From assembly GCA_964491535.1 (NCBI GenBank), contig CAZBGR010000003.1, forward strand, positions 1 through 50,129: 50,129 nt of DNA, read 5' to 3'. The notes beneath the pieces were generated by a model. The model had not been told where the DNA came from, ran no database searches, and saw only the letters and a list, made by a program, of their open reading frames with translations. This DNA comes from an uncultured Muribaculaceae bacterium (lineage in GTDB: Bacteria; Bacillota_I; Bacilli_A; RF39; UBA660). Shown here one piece after another: positions 8,459-18,313 of the stretch. Within the stretch, counting starts at the first letter, position 1, and each line of letters begins with the position of its first letter. A program made the position numbers and the translations under genes.

Positions 8459-9637
8459 ATGGAAAGAAATGTTGGGGTTATAGCAAGAGGGATAAGGGGT
8501 CCGATAATTAGACCTAAAGATGATTTGGTAAATATTATAGTAGATAGTTTAGAAAAGGTGATTAAGTCTGATAATATTATTTTAAATAATCATGATATTT
8601 TAGGTATTACTGAAGGTGTTGTAGCCAAAGCTCAAAATAATTTTGTTTTAATAGATGATATCAAGGAAGATATTCATGCTAAATATAAAGATGAAGTGGG
8701 GATTGTATTTCCGATACTTAGTAGAAATAGATTTGCTAGTATTTTAAAAGGGATTGCCATGGGGGTGGAAAAAGTATATATTCAGCTTTCATATCCGGCT
8801 GATGAAGTAGGAAATCGCTTAATAACTGAAGATATGTTAGATAAGGCTGGTCTTAATCCTTACTTAGATACTATTACCGAAGAAAAGTTTTATAGTCTTT
8901 TTAAATTACTTAAGCATTCAATTACTGGGGTTGATTATGTAGAGTTATATAAACAAATTTGTCAGGGTAAGGCTACTATATTTTTTTCAAATGATCCAAG
9001 AGCAATTCTTAAATATACAAAAAAGGTTTTAGTAGCTGATATTCATAGCAGGGAAAGAACGAAAAGGATGTTAAAAGAAGCCTCTGCTGATATTGTATAT
9101 GGTTTAGATGATATAATGAATAAACCAATAGGAGATTCTGGTTATAATGCTAAATATGGTTTGTTAGGTTCTAATTTAGCAACTGATAATAAGTTAAAAC
9201 TTTTTCCTAAAGATTGTAATGAATTTGTAATTAATGTTCAAAGGGAAATACAAAAAAGATTTAAGATTAATATTGAAGTACTTGTTTATGGAGATGGTGG
9301 TTATAAGGATCCTAGTGAAGGGATTTGGGAATTAGCTGATCCGGTAATATCACCTGGTTATACGAAAGGTTTAGAAGGTTCTTTAAATGAAATAAAATTA
9401 AAATATATTACTGATACTTTGTTAAATGATTTAGATCAACAAACAGCTCAGAAGAAATTAAAAGATTTAATTGATAAGCAATCTAAAAGTAATAAGGATT
9501 TAGCAAAAGGGACTACTCCAAGAAAAATAGTTAATATTATAGGAAGTATGTGTGATTTAATTAGTGGCAGTGGTAGTAAAGGTACTCCCTTTGTTTTAAT
9601 CCAGGGTTATTTTGATAATTATAGTGATCGGTATTGA
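8459..9637 (+). CDS. CofE-like (F420-0:gamma-glutamyl ligase fold) family protein, function unknown in this host
   Basis: The 392-aa ORF has segments resembling CofE-family blocks: ILGITEGVVAKAQNN, GLLGSNLA, and C-terminal GSKGTPFVLIQGY. The assignment is from memory of the family, not from a search. Confidence 0.45.
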   Translation: MERNVGVIARGIRGPIIRPKDDLVNIIVDSLEKVIKSDNIILNNHDILGITEGVVAKAQNNFVLIDDIKEDIHAKYKDEVGIVFPILSRNRFASILKGIAMGVEKVYIQLSYPADEVGNRLITEDMLDKAGLNPYLDTITEEKFYSLFKLLKHSITGVDYVELYKQICQGKATIFFSNDPRAILKYTKKVLVADIHSRERTKRMLKEASADIVYGLDDIMNKPIGDSGYNAKYGLLGSNLATDNKLKLFPKDCNEFVINVQREIQKRFKINIEVLVYGDGGYKDPSEGIWELADPVISPGYTKGLEGSLNEIKLKYITDTLLNDLDQQTAQKKLKDLIDKQSKSNKDLAKGTTPRKIVNIIGSMCDLISGSGSKGTPFVLIQGYFDNYSDRY

Positions 9638-9706
9638 TTTAACCCCTTTAACTATTAACAAAGACTAGAAATTATAGTATACTAATAATATGGGTAGGAA
9701 GATAAA

Positions 9707-11050
9707 ATGTTTAAAAATAAAAAAATTTTTATTTTAGGAATGGCTCGAAGTGGTTTTGAAGTTGCTAAAGTATTAGCAACTTTAAATAATAAGATTACTT
9801 TAAATGATTATGCTTTAAAAGAAGATGAATATCGTCTTAAAGAATTAACTGATCTAGGAGTAGAGGTAATTTTAGGTAAGCATCCAGATTGTTTATTTAC
9901 TAAAGATTATGATTATTTAATTAAAAATCCTGGAATAAAAGATAATCATAAATATGTTAAAAAGGCTTTAAGTTATAAGATACCTATTATTAATGAGGTT
10001 GAAGTAGCCTATTGTTTATTACCTAATAAGGTAGATATAATTGGCATTACTGGTAGTAATGGTAAAACAACAACGTCCACTCTTATTTATGAAATATTAA
10101 AGGCTGCTAAAAAGAAAGTTCATTTAACGGGGAATATTGGTTACCCTTTAGTTTCTTTTATTGGAAAAATAAAAGAAGGGGATATGGTGGTTATGGAAAT
10201 TTCAATTCAGCAATTATTTAATATTGATAAATTTAAAACTAAGATAGCGGTCTTATTAAATTTATTTGAAGCTCATTTAGATTTAGTGAAAGATTATGAG
10301 CAATATAAGCAAATAAAGAAAAAAGTTTTTAATCGTCATACTAAAGTTAATGACGCTGTTTTAAATAAAGATAATAATGAGGTTATGAAATTAACTAACG
10401 ATTTAAAATCAACTAAGAGTTATTTTTCACGTAAAGAGGTACTAAAAGATGGTTGTTATTTAAAAAATAAGGCTATTTATTATTTAAGTGATAAAATAAT
10501 TGTTTTAAAAGATATAAAATTAAAAGGGAATCATAATTACGAAAATATAATGGCTGCTATTTTAGTAGCTAAAAAATATAAAATAAGCAATGAAATTATT
10601 AAGAAGGTATTACAAGAATTTAAAGGTATTGAACATCGGCTTGAATATGTAACTGAAATAAAGGGTCGTTATTTTTATAATGATTCTAAAGCAACTAATG
10701 TTAAAGCTACTGAAATAGCGCTTTCATCTTTTGATAAACCCATTATTTTATTGTTAGGGGGGTTAGATAGAGGTCATTCTTTAAATGATTTAAAACCTTA
10801 TTTAAATCAAGTAAAAGCGATAATTGGGTATGGTCAAACAAAAAGGAAGGTTAAAGCTTTAGCAACTGAGGTTTCAATTCCTTGTTGGACGGTTACTAAT
10901 TTAAAAGAAGCAGTAACTAAAGCTTATCAAGTTTCATCTTTAAATGATGTTATTTTATTAAGTCCTGCTTGTGCTTCGTGGGATCAATTTAAGGATTTTG
11001 AAGAACGAGGAATTAAGTTTAAGGAATATATTAAGAAGTTAAAAGTTTAA
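9707..11050 (+). CDS. murD: UDP-N-acetylmuramoyl-L-alanine--D-glutamate ligase
   Basis: The N-terminal Rossmann segment ILGMARSG and the Mur ligase P-loop GITGSNGKTTT are present, with 447 aa in typical MurD layout. Confidence 0.9.
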   Translation: MFKNKKIFILGMARSGFEVAKVLATLNNKITLNDYALKEDEYRLKELTDLGVEVILGKHPDCLFTKDYDYLIKNPGIKDNHKYVKKALSYKIPIINEVEVAYCLLPNKVDIIGITGSNGKTTTSTLIYEILKAAKKKVHLTGNIGYPLVSFIGKIKEGDMVVMEISIQQLFNIDKFKTKIAVLLNLFEAHLDLVKDYEQYKQIKKKVFNRHTKVNDAVLNKDNNEVMKLTNDLKSTKSYFSRKEVLKDGCYLKNKAIYYLSDKIIVLKDIKLKGNHNYENIMAAILVAKKYKISNEIIKKVLQEFKGIEHRLEYVTEIKGRYFYNDSKATNVKATEIALSSFDKPIILLLGGLDRGHSLNDLKPYLNQVKAIIGYGQTKRKVKALATEVSIPCWTVTNLKEAVTKAYQVSSLNDVILLSPACASWDQFKDFEERGIKFKEYIKKLKV

Positions 11051-11088
11051 TTTAAGTTATGATAATAAAGAATAAAAGGAGGCGTTTT

Positions 11089-12327
11089 ATGGCGGTTATT
11101 AAACAAATTAAAGCTAGAGAAATATTGGATTCAAGGGGCAATCCTACTATTGAGGTAGATGTAATTTGTGATGATGGTAGTTATGGTCGAAGTAGTGTGC
11201 CTAGTGGAGCTTCAGTGGGTCTTAATGAAGCTTTAGAATTAAGGGATAATGATTCTAATCGTTATTTAGGGAAGGGCGTTTTAAAAGCTATTAAGAATGT
11301 TAATGAACTTATAACCCCTTTGTTATTAGGGATGGATATTGTTAAACAAGCTGAAATAGATATGATTATGATTAAAGCTGATGGGACTAATAATAAAAGT
11401 AAATTAGGTGCTAATGCTATTTTAGCAGTATCTATGGCTTGTTTAAAAGCGGCTGCTTATAGTTTGAAAAAGCCTTTATATCAATATCTTAGTAATAATA
11501 AAAAATTACCTTTGGCAATGATGAATATATTAAATGGTGGTGTTCATGCTGATAATAATTTAGATTTTCAAGAATTTATGATTATGCCAATTGCTCCTTC
11601 TTTTAAAGAACGTTTGCGAATGGGAGTAGAGATATTTCATACTTTAAAAAGGATATTAAAAGAGAAAGGTTATCAGACTAATGTTGGGGATGAAGGGGGC
11701 TTTGCTCCTAATTTAAGCAGTAATATAGAAGCTTTTGATTTGATTATGGAAGCGATTAAAAGGGCTCGTTATATAGCGGGTAAAGATGTTTTTTTAGCGA
11801 TTGATGTTGCCGCTTCAACTTTTTATGATAAAGAAAAAAATAGCTATTTTTTAAAAGGAGAAAATAGGAATTTAACTAGTACTGAATTAATTGATTTTTA
11901 TGGGGAGTTAGTTACTAAATATCCTCTTCTTTCAATAGAAGATGGTTTAGAAGAAAATGATTTTGAGGGATTTAAGTTATTAACTACCAAATTAGGATCT
12001 AACATTCAAATAGTTGGTGATGATTTATTTGTAACTAATCCAGTTTTATTAAAAAAAGGGATAAATTTAAAAGCTTGTAATTCAATTTTAATAAAAGCTA
12101 ATCAAATTGGGACTGTAACTGAGATGTTAGCAGTTATTAATTTAGCTAAAGAAGTAGGCTATAAAACAATTATTTCTCATCGTAGTGGGGAAACTGAAGA
12201 TACCTTTATTGCTGATTTAGCAGTAGGTCTTAATTTAGATCAAATAAAAACTGGTTCCTTATCAAGAAGTGATCGTTTAGCGAAATATAATCAATTACTA
12301 AGAATAGAAGAAGAGTTACTTAAATAG
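11089..12327 (+). CDS. eno: enolase (phosphopyruvate hydratase)
   Basis: [25 protein letters not shown] is the canonical enolase N-terminus, and the C-terminal SHRSGETED motif is present. I prefer the ATG at 11089, after AAGGAGG, over the upstream in-frame start at 11059. Confidence 0.95.
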   Translation: MAVIKQIKAREILDSRGNPTIEVDVICDDGSYGRSSVPSGASVGLNEALELRDNDSNRYLGKGVLKAIKNVNELITPLLLGMDIVKQAEIDMIMIKADGTNNKSKLGANAILAVSMACLKAAAYSLKKPLYQYLSNNKKLPLAMMNILNGGVHADNNLDFQEFMIMPIAPSFKERLRMGVEIFHTLKRILKEKGYQTNVGDEGGFAPNLSSNIEAFDLIMEAIKRARYIAGKDVFLAIDVAASTFYDKEKNSYFLKGENRNLTSTELIDFYGELVTKYPLLSIEDGLEENDFEGFKLLTTKLGSNIQIVGDDLFVTNPVLLKKGINLKACNSILIKANQIGTVTEMLAVINLAKEVGYKTIISHRSGETEDTFIADLAVGLNLDQIKTGSLSRSDRLAKYNQLLRIEEELLK

Positions 12328-12415
12328 ATGTTGTTTTAAAGTTAATATATGATAAAATATAAATAATATTTTATGATAAAGATAATATGTAAGGTTAAGA
12401 AAGGGGGCTAATAAG

Positions 12416-12820
12416 ATGGATTTAGTAACTAAAAAGATGATTAATAATTTTATCATTTGGTTAATTTCAATTATTAGTTATACTATTATTTTAATGTTAG
12501 TCGCTATTTTATTTGATTCCATTTATATTGATAATAGTTATTTTGGTCTCTTTCCTTTTTTAGCCTCGATTATTATTTATATTTTAAATAGAACCGTTAA
12601 ACCGATTATCTTTTTACTTACTTTACCACTTACTGGACTTACTTTAGGTTTGTTTTATCCTTTTATTAATGTTTTTGTTTTAAAATTAACTGATTGGTTA
12701 TTAGGATATCATTTTGAAACTGAGGGTGTTTTAATATTATTTGTAGTTGCTTTATTAATTTCAATTCTTAATTTTTCGGTTGAAAAAACAATTATTTATC
12801 CTATAACTAAGAAAGGGTGA
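12416..12820 (+). CDS. small 4-TM membrane protein, DUF360 / phage-holin-4-like (YvlD-like)
   Basis: The 134-aa ORF has four hydrophobic spans. Its position just upstream of lgt matches that of yvlD-type genes in Bacillus. The family call is from memory. Confidence 0.5.
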   Translation: MDLVTKKMINNFIIWLISIISYTIILMLVAILFDSIYIDNSYFGLFPFLASIIIYILNRTVKPIIFLLTLPLTGLTLGLFYPFINVFVLKLTDWLLGYHFETEGVLILFVVALLISILNFSVEKTIIYPITKKG

Positions 12821-12824
12821 GTTA

Positions 12825-13640
12825 ATGAATAATGTTTTTATTGATTTAGGGAAAATTTATATTACTTATTATTCTTTATTTCTTTTATTAGCTGTTTTAT
12901 TAGGAGGGGCTTTAGTTATTAAAGAAGCAAATAAATTTCATTTTAATCAAGATTTTATAGCTAATTTAATTTTTTGGACAGTTGTTTTTGGAATGATAGG
13001 GGCTAGAATTTATTATGTCTTATTTAATTGGTCATATTACCGCCTTAATATGTTAGAAATATTTAAAGTTTGGGAAGGTGGTTTAGCTATTCACGGGGGT
13101 ATAATAGTAGCTTTTATCTTTATTGTTAGTTATTCAGCTAGATATAAAATAAAACTAATAAAATTAACTGATATATTAGTTGTCGGTTTAATTTTAGGTC
13201 AAGCAATTGGTAGATGGGGTAACTTTTTTAATCAAGAGGCTTATGGTAGTGAAGTAAGTAGGGCTTTTTTAGAGAAATGGTCTATTCCTAATTTTATAAT
13301 TGAAGGGATGAATATTTATGGCAATTATTATCATCCTACTTTTCTTTATGAATCATTATGGTGTTTATTAGGCTTTGTCTTTTTAATTCTAGTGAGAAAG
13401 TATAAATATTTAAAGATTGGTCAGTTAACAGCTCTTTATTTTATATGGTATTCAGCGGGTCGCTTCTTTATTGAAAGTTTAAGAATGGATAGTTTAATGC
13501 TGTTTTCTTTTAAAATGGCTCAATTAGTGTCTATATTATTATTTGTTATTGGTATTATTTTGTTTATTGTTAAAACTAAAGGTTCTCGTTTTGAAAACTT
13601 ATATCATGAGATGGGGGAAAATAATGAAATTAAATTTTGA
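12825..13640 (+). CDS. lgt: prolipoprotein diacylglyceryl transferase
   Basis: The ORF is a polytopic membrane protein with Lgt signature segments: GARIYYV, GGLAIHGG, and GRWGNFFNQEAYG. Confidence 0.9.
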   Translation: MNNVFIDLGKIYITYYSLFLLLAVLLGGALVIKEANKFHFNQDFIANLIFWTVVFGMIGARIYYVLFNWSYYRLNMLEIFKVWEGGLAIHGGIIVAFIFIVSYSARYKIKLIKLTDILVVGLILGQAIGRWGNFFNQEAYGSEVSRAFLEKWSIPNFIIEGMNIYGNYYHPTFLYESLWCLLGFVFLILVRKYKYLKIGQLTALYFIWYSAGRFFIESLRMDSLMLFSFKMAQLVSILLFVIGIILFIVKTKGSRFENLYHEMGENNEIKF

Positions 13641-14547
13641 TGTAATTGTAGTTGGTTGTGGTTGTGCAGGGATGACAGCTGCTCTTTATTTAAAACGAGC
13701 TAAGAAGAAAGTATTAATAATAGAAGAAGAAAACCCAGGAGGGTTACTTAATAAAAGTTCAAACATTGAAAATTATCCGGGTTTTACTAAAATTGATGGG
13801 CCTTCATTAGCAGCTAAGATGTTTGAACAAGTTCAACAATTAGCTATTCCTTATAAACAAGGAATGGTATCAGATATTATTGATAATAAGGATTTTAAAA
13901 CTATAAAAATTAATAATGAGTCTTTAACTTGCTTAGCTGTTATTATTGCTACAGGTAGAAAACCAAAACAATTAGGATTACCTAATGAAGCGAAATTGAC
14001 TGGTCGAGGAATAAGTTGGTGCTCTATTTGTGATGCTCCTTTATTTAAAGATAAAGAAGTGATTGTTATTGGTGGCAGCAATAGTGCTTTAGAGGAAAGT
14101 CTTCATTTGGTGGATTTCGCTAAAAAGGTTACATTGATTTATCATGGTTCTCAATTTAAAGGGGAAGATATTTTAGAAGAACGAGTTGTTAATCATACTA
14201 GAATAAAGATTATTAAAGAAGTTATAATTGTAAAATTCAATCAACATAACAATTTGTTTAGTGGTTTAATAATTAAGAATAAAAAAACAAAAAAGGAAAC
14301 AGAAATTAAGGCTGATGGTTTATTTATTTATATTGGTTTTGAAGCGGCCGCTAGAATTTTTAAAAAGTTAAAAATTAAAATGGTTGATAATTATATAATA
14401 GTAGATGAGCATATGAGAACTAATATTAATTATATATATGCTTGTGGGGATGTTATTAAAAAATCATTATATCAAATTGTTACCGCTGTTTCTGAAGGTG
14501 CTATCGCGGCTCATAGTGCTATTTTAGATTTGAAAACAAAAAAATAA
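13624..14547 (+). CDS. trxB: thioredoxin-disulfide reductase-like FAD/NAD(P) oxidoreductase
   Basis: FDVIVVGCGCAGMTAALY provides the FAD GxGxxG motif, and SWCSICDAPLF the CxxC redox centre. I chose the ATG at 13624 after GGGGGAAA. The track's 13543 start would add 27 aa overlapping lgt. Confidence 0.85.
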   Translation: MKLNFDVIVVGCGCAGMTAALYLKRAKKKVLIIEEENPGGLLNKSSNIENYPGFTKIDGPSLAAKMFEQVQQLAIPYKQGMVSDIIDNKDFKTIKINNESLTCLAVIIATGRKPKQLGLPNEAKLTGRGISWCSICDAPLFKDKEVIVIGGSNSALEESLHLVDFAKKVTLIYHGSQFKGEDILEERVVNHTRIKIIKEVIIVKFNQHNNLFSGLIIKNKKTKKETEIKADGLFIYIGFEAAARIFKKLKIKMVDNYIIVDEHMRTNINYIYACGDVIKKSLYQIVTAVSEGAIAAHSAILDLKTKK

Positions 14548-14595
14548 AATTACAATAAATTTAGTTTTATATTAATTTTAAAGGTGGGTGATGAA

Positions 14596-15534
14596 ATGAC
14601 TTTTTCGACAGCTATAAAAGAAGAAATAGCTAAAGTAGATGCTATCAAAACAGAATATATAGCTGAATTATCAGCATTTATGCGTAATAATGCTTATATA
14701 GATCATCAACTTATTAGAATATATACTGAAAATAATGCTATTGCAAGGCGAATATTTAAATTAATTAAATATTTATATGATTTAAATGCTCAAGTGACGG
14801 TTAGAAGGAATTTTAATTTTAAAAAGAATTTTGTTTATCTTATTGAATTAAGAAAGGATAAGGATAAGGTTTTAAAAGATTTATCACTTATTAATGAAGA
14901 GGGTTATTTTATTAATATCCCACGGACTTATATTATTAGTGACACTGAGGAAAAAGCTTCTTATTTAAGAGGCTTATTTTTAGCTAGAGGGAGTATTAAC
15001 GACCCTAAAAAGGCTAGCTATCATTTGGAATTTTTATTAGATGATGATGAATATGCTTTTTTTATTGAGGCTCTTTTGAATGAATATAATTTAAATAGCA
15101 AAGTAATTAAGAGGGTAAAGGGATATATGGTATATTTAAAGGAAGCTGATAAGATAAGTGATTTTTTAAGATTAATTAAAGCTTATCAAGGAGTTTTATC
15201 GTTTGAAGAAATTAGAGTCTATCGTGATAAAAAGAATCTTATTAATCGGTTAAATAACTGTGAGCAGGCTAATGTAGAAAAAACGATTAATGCTGCTTTA
15301 AGGCAACTCAATGATATTAATTTAATAGATTGTAAGATGGGTTTAGATATATTAGATGATAAATTAAAAGAAGTAGCTTTATATCGTTTAAAGTATCCAG
15401 AAAGTTCTTTGTTAGAGTTAAGTAATATTATTAATTTAGAAACGGGGAAAAAAATGACTAAATCATGTTTGAATCATCGCTTTAGAAAATTAAAAGAAAT
15501 GGCTTTTAATATTAGAAAACAAAAACCAAGATAA
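14596..15534 (+). CDS. whiA: DNA-binding sporulation/cell-division regulator WhiA
   Basis: MTFSTAIKEEI..., the LAGLIDADG-like middle segment (YLRGLFLARGSINDP) and a C-terminal HTH are all typical of WhiA. The ATG at 14596 follows AAGGTGGG. Confidence 0.9.
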   Translation: MTFSTAIKEEIAKVDAIKTEYIAELSAFMRNNAYIDHQLIRIYTENNAIARRIFKLIKYLYDLNAQVTVRRNFNFKKNFVYLIELRKDKDKVLKDLSLINEEGYFINIPRTYIISDTEEKASYLRGLFLARGSINDPKKASYHLEFLLDDDEYAFFIEALLNEYNLNSKVIKRVKGYMVYLKEADKISDFLRLIKAYQGVLSFEEIRVYRDKKNLINRLNNCEQANVEKTINAALRQLNDINLIDCKMGLDILDDKLKEVALYRLKYPESSLLELSNIINLETGKKMTKSCLNHRFRKLKEMAFNIRKQKPR

Positions 15535-15678
15535 AGACTGTTATAAGATAGGATAAGGGGATAGATAGTAGGGAAAAGATTTTTAAAAATCTTAAAGTTT
15601 ATTAAAATCATTTAAAAATGTTGCTTTTTTTGATAGAATGGTAATAGGGCTAGAAGTAATAAAATATTAGGAAGTGGT

Positions 15679-16467
15679 ATGATGGGTAAAATAATTGCTC
15701 TAGTTAATCAAAAAGGAGGCGTTGGTAAAACAACGACTAGTATTAATTTAGCTGCTTCTTTAGGGGTTTTAAATAAAAGAATTTTATTACTTGATTTAGA
15801 TCCCCAAGGTAATAGTTCAACCGGAGTTGGTATTAACAAGGGAATGGTTGAAAAAAGTATTTATGAAGCTTTGATAGATAAAGCTGATATAAAGGAAGTT
15901 ATCGTTAAAACAACTTTTAAGAATTTATATTTAATTCCTGCTACAATTAATTTGGCAGGAGTTGATATTGAGTTATTAGAAAAAAGCAAAAAAAATCCTA
16001 GTTTCGCTAAAGGGAGGCAATTAAAAAAGAAATTAGATAGTATTAGACATCATTTTGATTATATTATTATTGATTGTCCACCTTCTTTAGGTATTTTAAC
16101 TACTAATGCTTTAACGGCTTCTGATTCAGTTATTATTCCGGTACAATGTGAATTTTTTGCTTTAGAAGGTATTATGCAATTACTTAATACTATTATGTTA
16201 GCTCAAAAAAGATTAAATCCTAATTTAGATATAGAGGGAGTGTTACTTACCATGTTAGATTCTAGAACCAATTTAGGTTTAGAAGTAGTGGAGGATATTA
16301 GGAGTTATTTTAAGGAAAAAGTATTTGATACTATTATTCCAAGATTAATTAGATTATCCGAGGCTCCTTCACATGGGAAACCAATTATTGCTTATGATTA
16401 TCATAGTAAGGGTAATTTGGCTTATTTAAATTTAGCTAAGGAAGTGATAGAACGAAATGGAGATTAA
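15679..16467 (+). CDS. parA: chromosome partitioning ATPase ParA/Soj
   Basis: The ORF has the deviant Walker A NQKGGVGKTTT and overlaps parB. Confidence 0.9.
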   Translation: MMGKIIALVNQKGGVGKTTTSINLAASLGVLNKRILLLDLDPQGNSSTGVGINKGMVEKSIYEALIDKADIKEVIVKTTFKNLYLIPATINLAGVDIELLEKSKKNPSFAKGRQLKKKLDSIRHHFDYIIIDCPPSLGILTTNALTASDSVIIPVQCEFFALEGIMQLLNTIMLAQKRLNPNLDIEGVLLTMLDSRTNLGLEVVEDIRSYFKEKVFDTIIPRLIRLSEAPSHGKPIIAYDYHSKGNLAYLNLAKEVIERNGD

Positions 16468-17335
16468 AAGAAAAGCTTTAGGAAGGGGCTTAGAACAACT
16501 TTTTAATGCTGAAAATTTAGATTTTCAAGAATTAGAAACAGAAACAATTGAAAGTGCTTCAGCTTCTGAAATTGTTCAATTAAAGTTATCAGATTTAAGA
16601 AGGAATCCTTATCAACCTCGAAAAAAGTTTGATGAAGAAAAGTTAAAGGAATTAGCTTCATCAATTAAGGAAAACGGGGTCTTTACACCAATTATAGTTA
16701 AAAAGAGTATTAAAGGTTATGAAGTGGTGGCTGGTGAAAGACGAGTAAAAGCTAGTAAAATGTTAGGTTTAGAAACTATTCCATCTATTATTAGAGATTT
16801 TTCTGATGATCAAATGATGCAAATAGCTCTTTTAGAAAATTTACAACGTGAGGATTTAAATGCTATTGAAGAGGCGGAAGCCTATAAAGCAATTATTGAT
16901 TCTTTACAAATTACTCAAGAAGAATTAGGGAAAAGATTAGGTAAAAGTAGAAGTCATATTACTAATATGTTAGGGATTCTTAAATTACCAACTAATATTC
17001 AAAATTTGGTATTAGATAATAAATTATCGATGGGTCATGCTCGGGTTCTTAGTAAGTTAAATGATATTCAAAAAATAAATGATTTAGCGTCTAAAACAGT
17101 AAAAGATGAGTTAAGTGTTAGACAATTAGAAGAATTAACTTCAGTTAAGGTTAAACCTGATAAAGTTAAAAAAAGAGAGCTAGTAGTTAGTCAATATACT
17201 TATTTAGAACCTGTTTTAAAAGAAAAATTAGGGACAAAAGTAGTCGTTACTAATAACAAAATAGTGATTAATTTTTCTTCGGTTAATGATTTAAATAGAA
17301 TTTTAGATATTTTAAAAATAGATTTAGATAAATAA
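16457..17335 (+). CDS. parB: chromosome partitioning protein ParB/Spo0J
   Basis: The ParB box (NPYQPRKKFDEEKLKELASSIKENGV and VVAGERRVKAS) is followed by an HTH region. Confidence 0.9.
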   Translation: MEIKRKALGRGLEQLFNAENLDFQELETETIESASASEIVQLKLSDLRRNPYQPRKKFDEEKLKELASSIKENGVFTPIIVKKSIKGYEVVAGERRVKASKMLGLETIPSIIRDFSDDQMMQIALLENLQREDLNAIEEAEAYKAIIDSLQITQEELGKRLGKSRSHITNMLGILKLPTNIQNLVLDNKLSMGHARVLSKLNDIQKINDLASKTVKDELSVRQLEELTSVKVKPDKVKKRELVVSQYTYLEPVLKEKLGTKVVVTNNKIVINFSSVNDLNRILDILKIDLDK

Positions 17336-17349
17336 AGGAGCTTGATATA

Positions 17350-18117
17350 ATGGTTGATGTTTTTGGCTTAGAGATAGATAGTAAATATATTTATACGTTA
17401 TTAATTTTAGCAATTGGTGTTTTGGTACATAGTTTTTTTAAATACTTAATTAATCGTTTGTTAATAAAAAAAATTAAGATAGATAACCGTAAACAACAAA
17501 AGTTATATTTTTTATTTTCAGTTTTGCTAAAATATATTATTATTATTGTTGTTTTAGTGTTTATTCTTAATTTTTTTGGAATTAATAGTGCCGCTCTCAT
17601 CGCTAGTGTTAGTGTTGTTGGGTTAGTAGTTGGTCTTGCTTTTCAAGATATCTTAAAAGATATTTTAGCCGGTATTTTAATTTTAATTAATGATCAATAT
17701 GCAGTTGGTGATTTAGTAGAAATTGGAGGCTTTAAAGGGAAAGTAATTGCTCTTGGTCTTAGAATGACTAAAATAAAAAGTTATTCAGGTGAAGTCAAGA
17801 TGATTGCTAATCGTCAAATTAATGATGTCATTAATTTTAGTTTATATGATGCGATGGTTATTATTGATGTTAATATAGCTTATGATACTAATTTGGATTT
17901 AGCTGATAAAGTATTTAAAGAACTAGTTGTTAAATTGTCTAAGGATAAAGCTAATATTACTGGTGATTTTAAATTATTAGGGATTGATAAGATTTCTCCA
18001 GTTATAACTTATCGTCTAGCAGTTCCTTCTAAACCTGCTAAACAAGAGGTTGTTAAGCGAAATGCACTAAGGGAAATTAAAATGACGTTGGATAAATATA
18101 ATCTTAAAAGATGGTAG
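17350..18117 (+). CDS. small-conductance mechanosensitive channel (MscS family)
   Basis: N-terminal TM helices are followed by an MscS beta-domain segment, VGDLVEIGGFKGKVIALGLRMTKIKSYSGEVKMIANRQI. Confidence 0.8.
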   Translation: MVDVFGLEIDSKYIYTLLILAIGVLVHSFFKYLINRLLIKKIKIDNRKQQKLYFLFSVLLKYIIIIVVLVFILNFFGINSAALIASVSVVGLVVGLAFQDILKDILAGILILINDQYAVGDLVEIGGFKGKVIALGLRMTKIKSYSGEVKMIANRQINDVINFSLYDAMVIIDVNIAYDTNLDLADKVFKELVVKLSKDKANITGDFKLLGIDKISPVITYRLAVPSKPAKQEVVKRNALREIKMTLDKYNLKRW

Positions 18118-18308
18118 GGATTAAGGTGAAGAATTATAATCTTAACTCAATAGTAATGATGAAAAAGGAACATCCTTGTCATGGGAATGAATGGCAGGTT
18201 ATTAGAATAGGGGTTGATATTAAATTAAAATGTTTAAAATGTGGACGGATTGTTATGATGTCACGTCTTGATTTTAATAAAAAACTAAAAAAGGTTTTAA
18301 AGGAGTAA
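18111..18308 (+). CDS. DUF951-family small protein (YyzM-like)
   Basis: MKKEHPCHGNEWQVIRIGVDIKLKCLKCGRIVMMSR resembles the conserved DUF951 CxxC/HPC pattern. The position before ychF is syntenic. An alternative GTG start lies at 18126. Confidence 0.6.
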   Translation: MVGIKVKNYNLNSIVMMKKEHPCHGNEWQVIRIGVDIKLKCLKCGRIVMMSRLDFNKKLKKVLKE

Positions 18309-18313
18309 CGATA

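Noticed and set aside
10423-10438. A parS-like sequence, TTTTTCACGTAAAGAG, lies inside murD.
   Set aside because: It matches the Bacillus parS consensus TGTTTCACGTGAAACA at only 11/16 and the dyad symmetry is lost. I did not spot any better parS candidate in or near parB by eye.
13543-13623. The track gives longest-ORF N-terminal extensions for trxB (13543), and similarly for eno (11059), rpsF (21135), whiA (14584), dnaB (23682), infB (38430), rbfA (40520), the transposase (44805), the cotY/Z-like gene (33059) and the lipoprotein gene (47231).
   Set aside because: In each case a downstream in-frame ATG or GTG has a properly spaced Shine-Dalgarno and yields the canonical family N-terminus, for example MKLNFDVIVVGCG for TrxB. 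The extension would overlap the upstream gene or add non-homologous residues.
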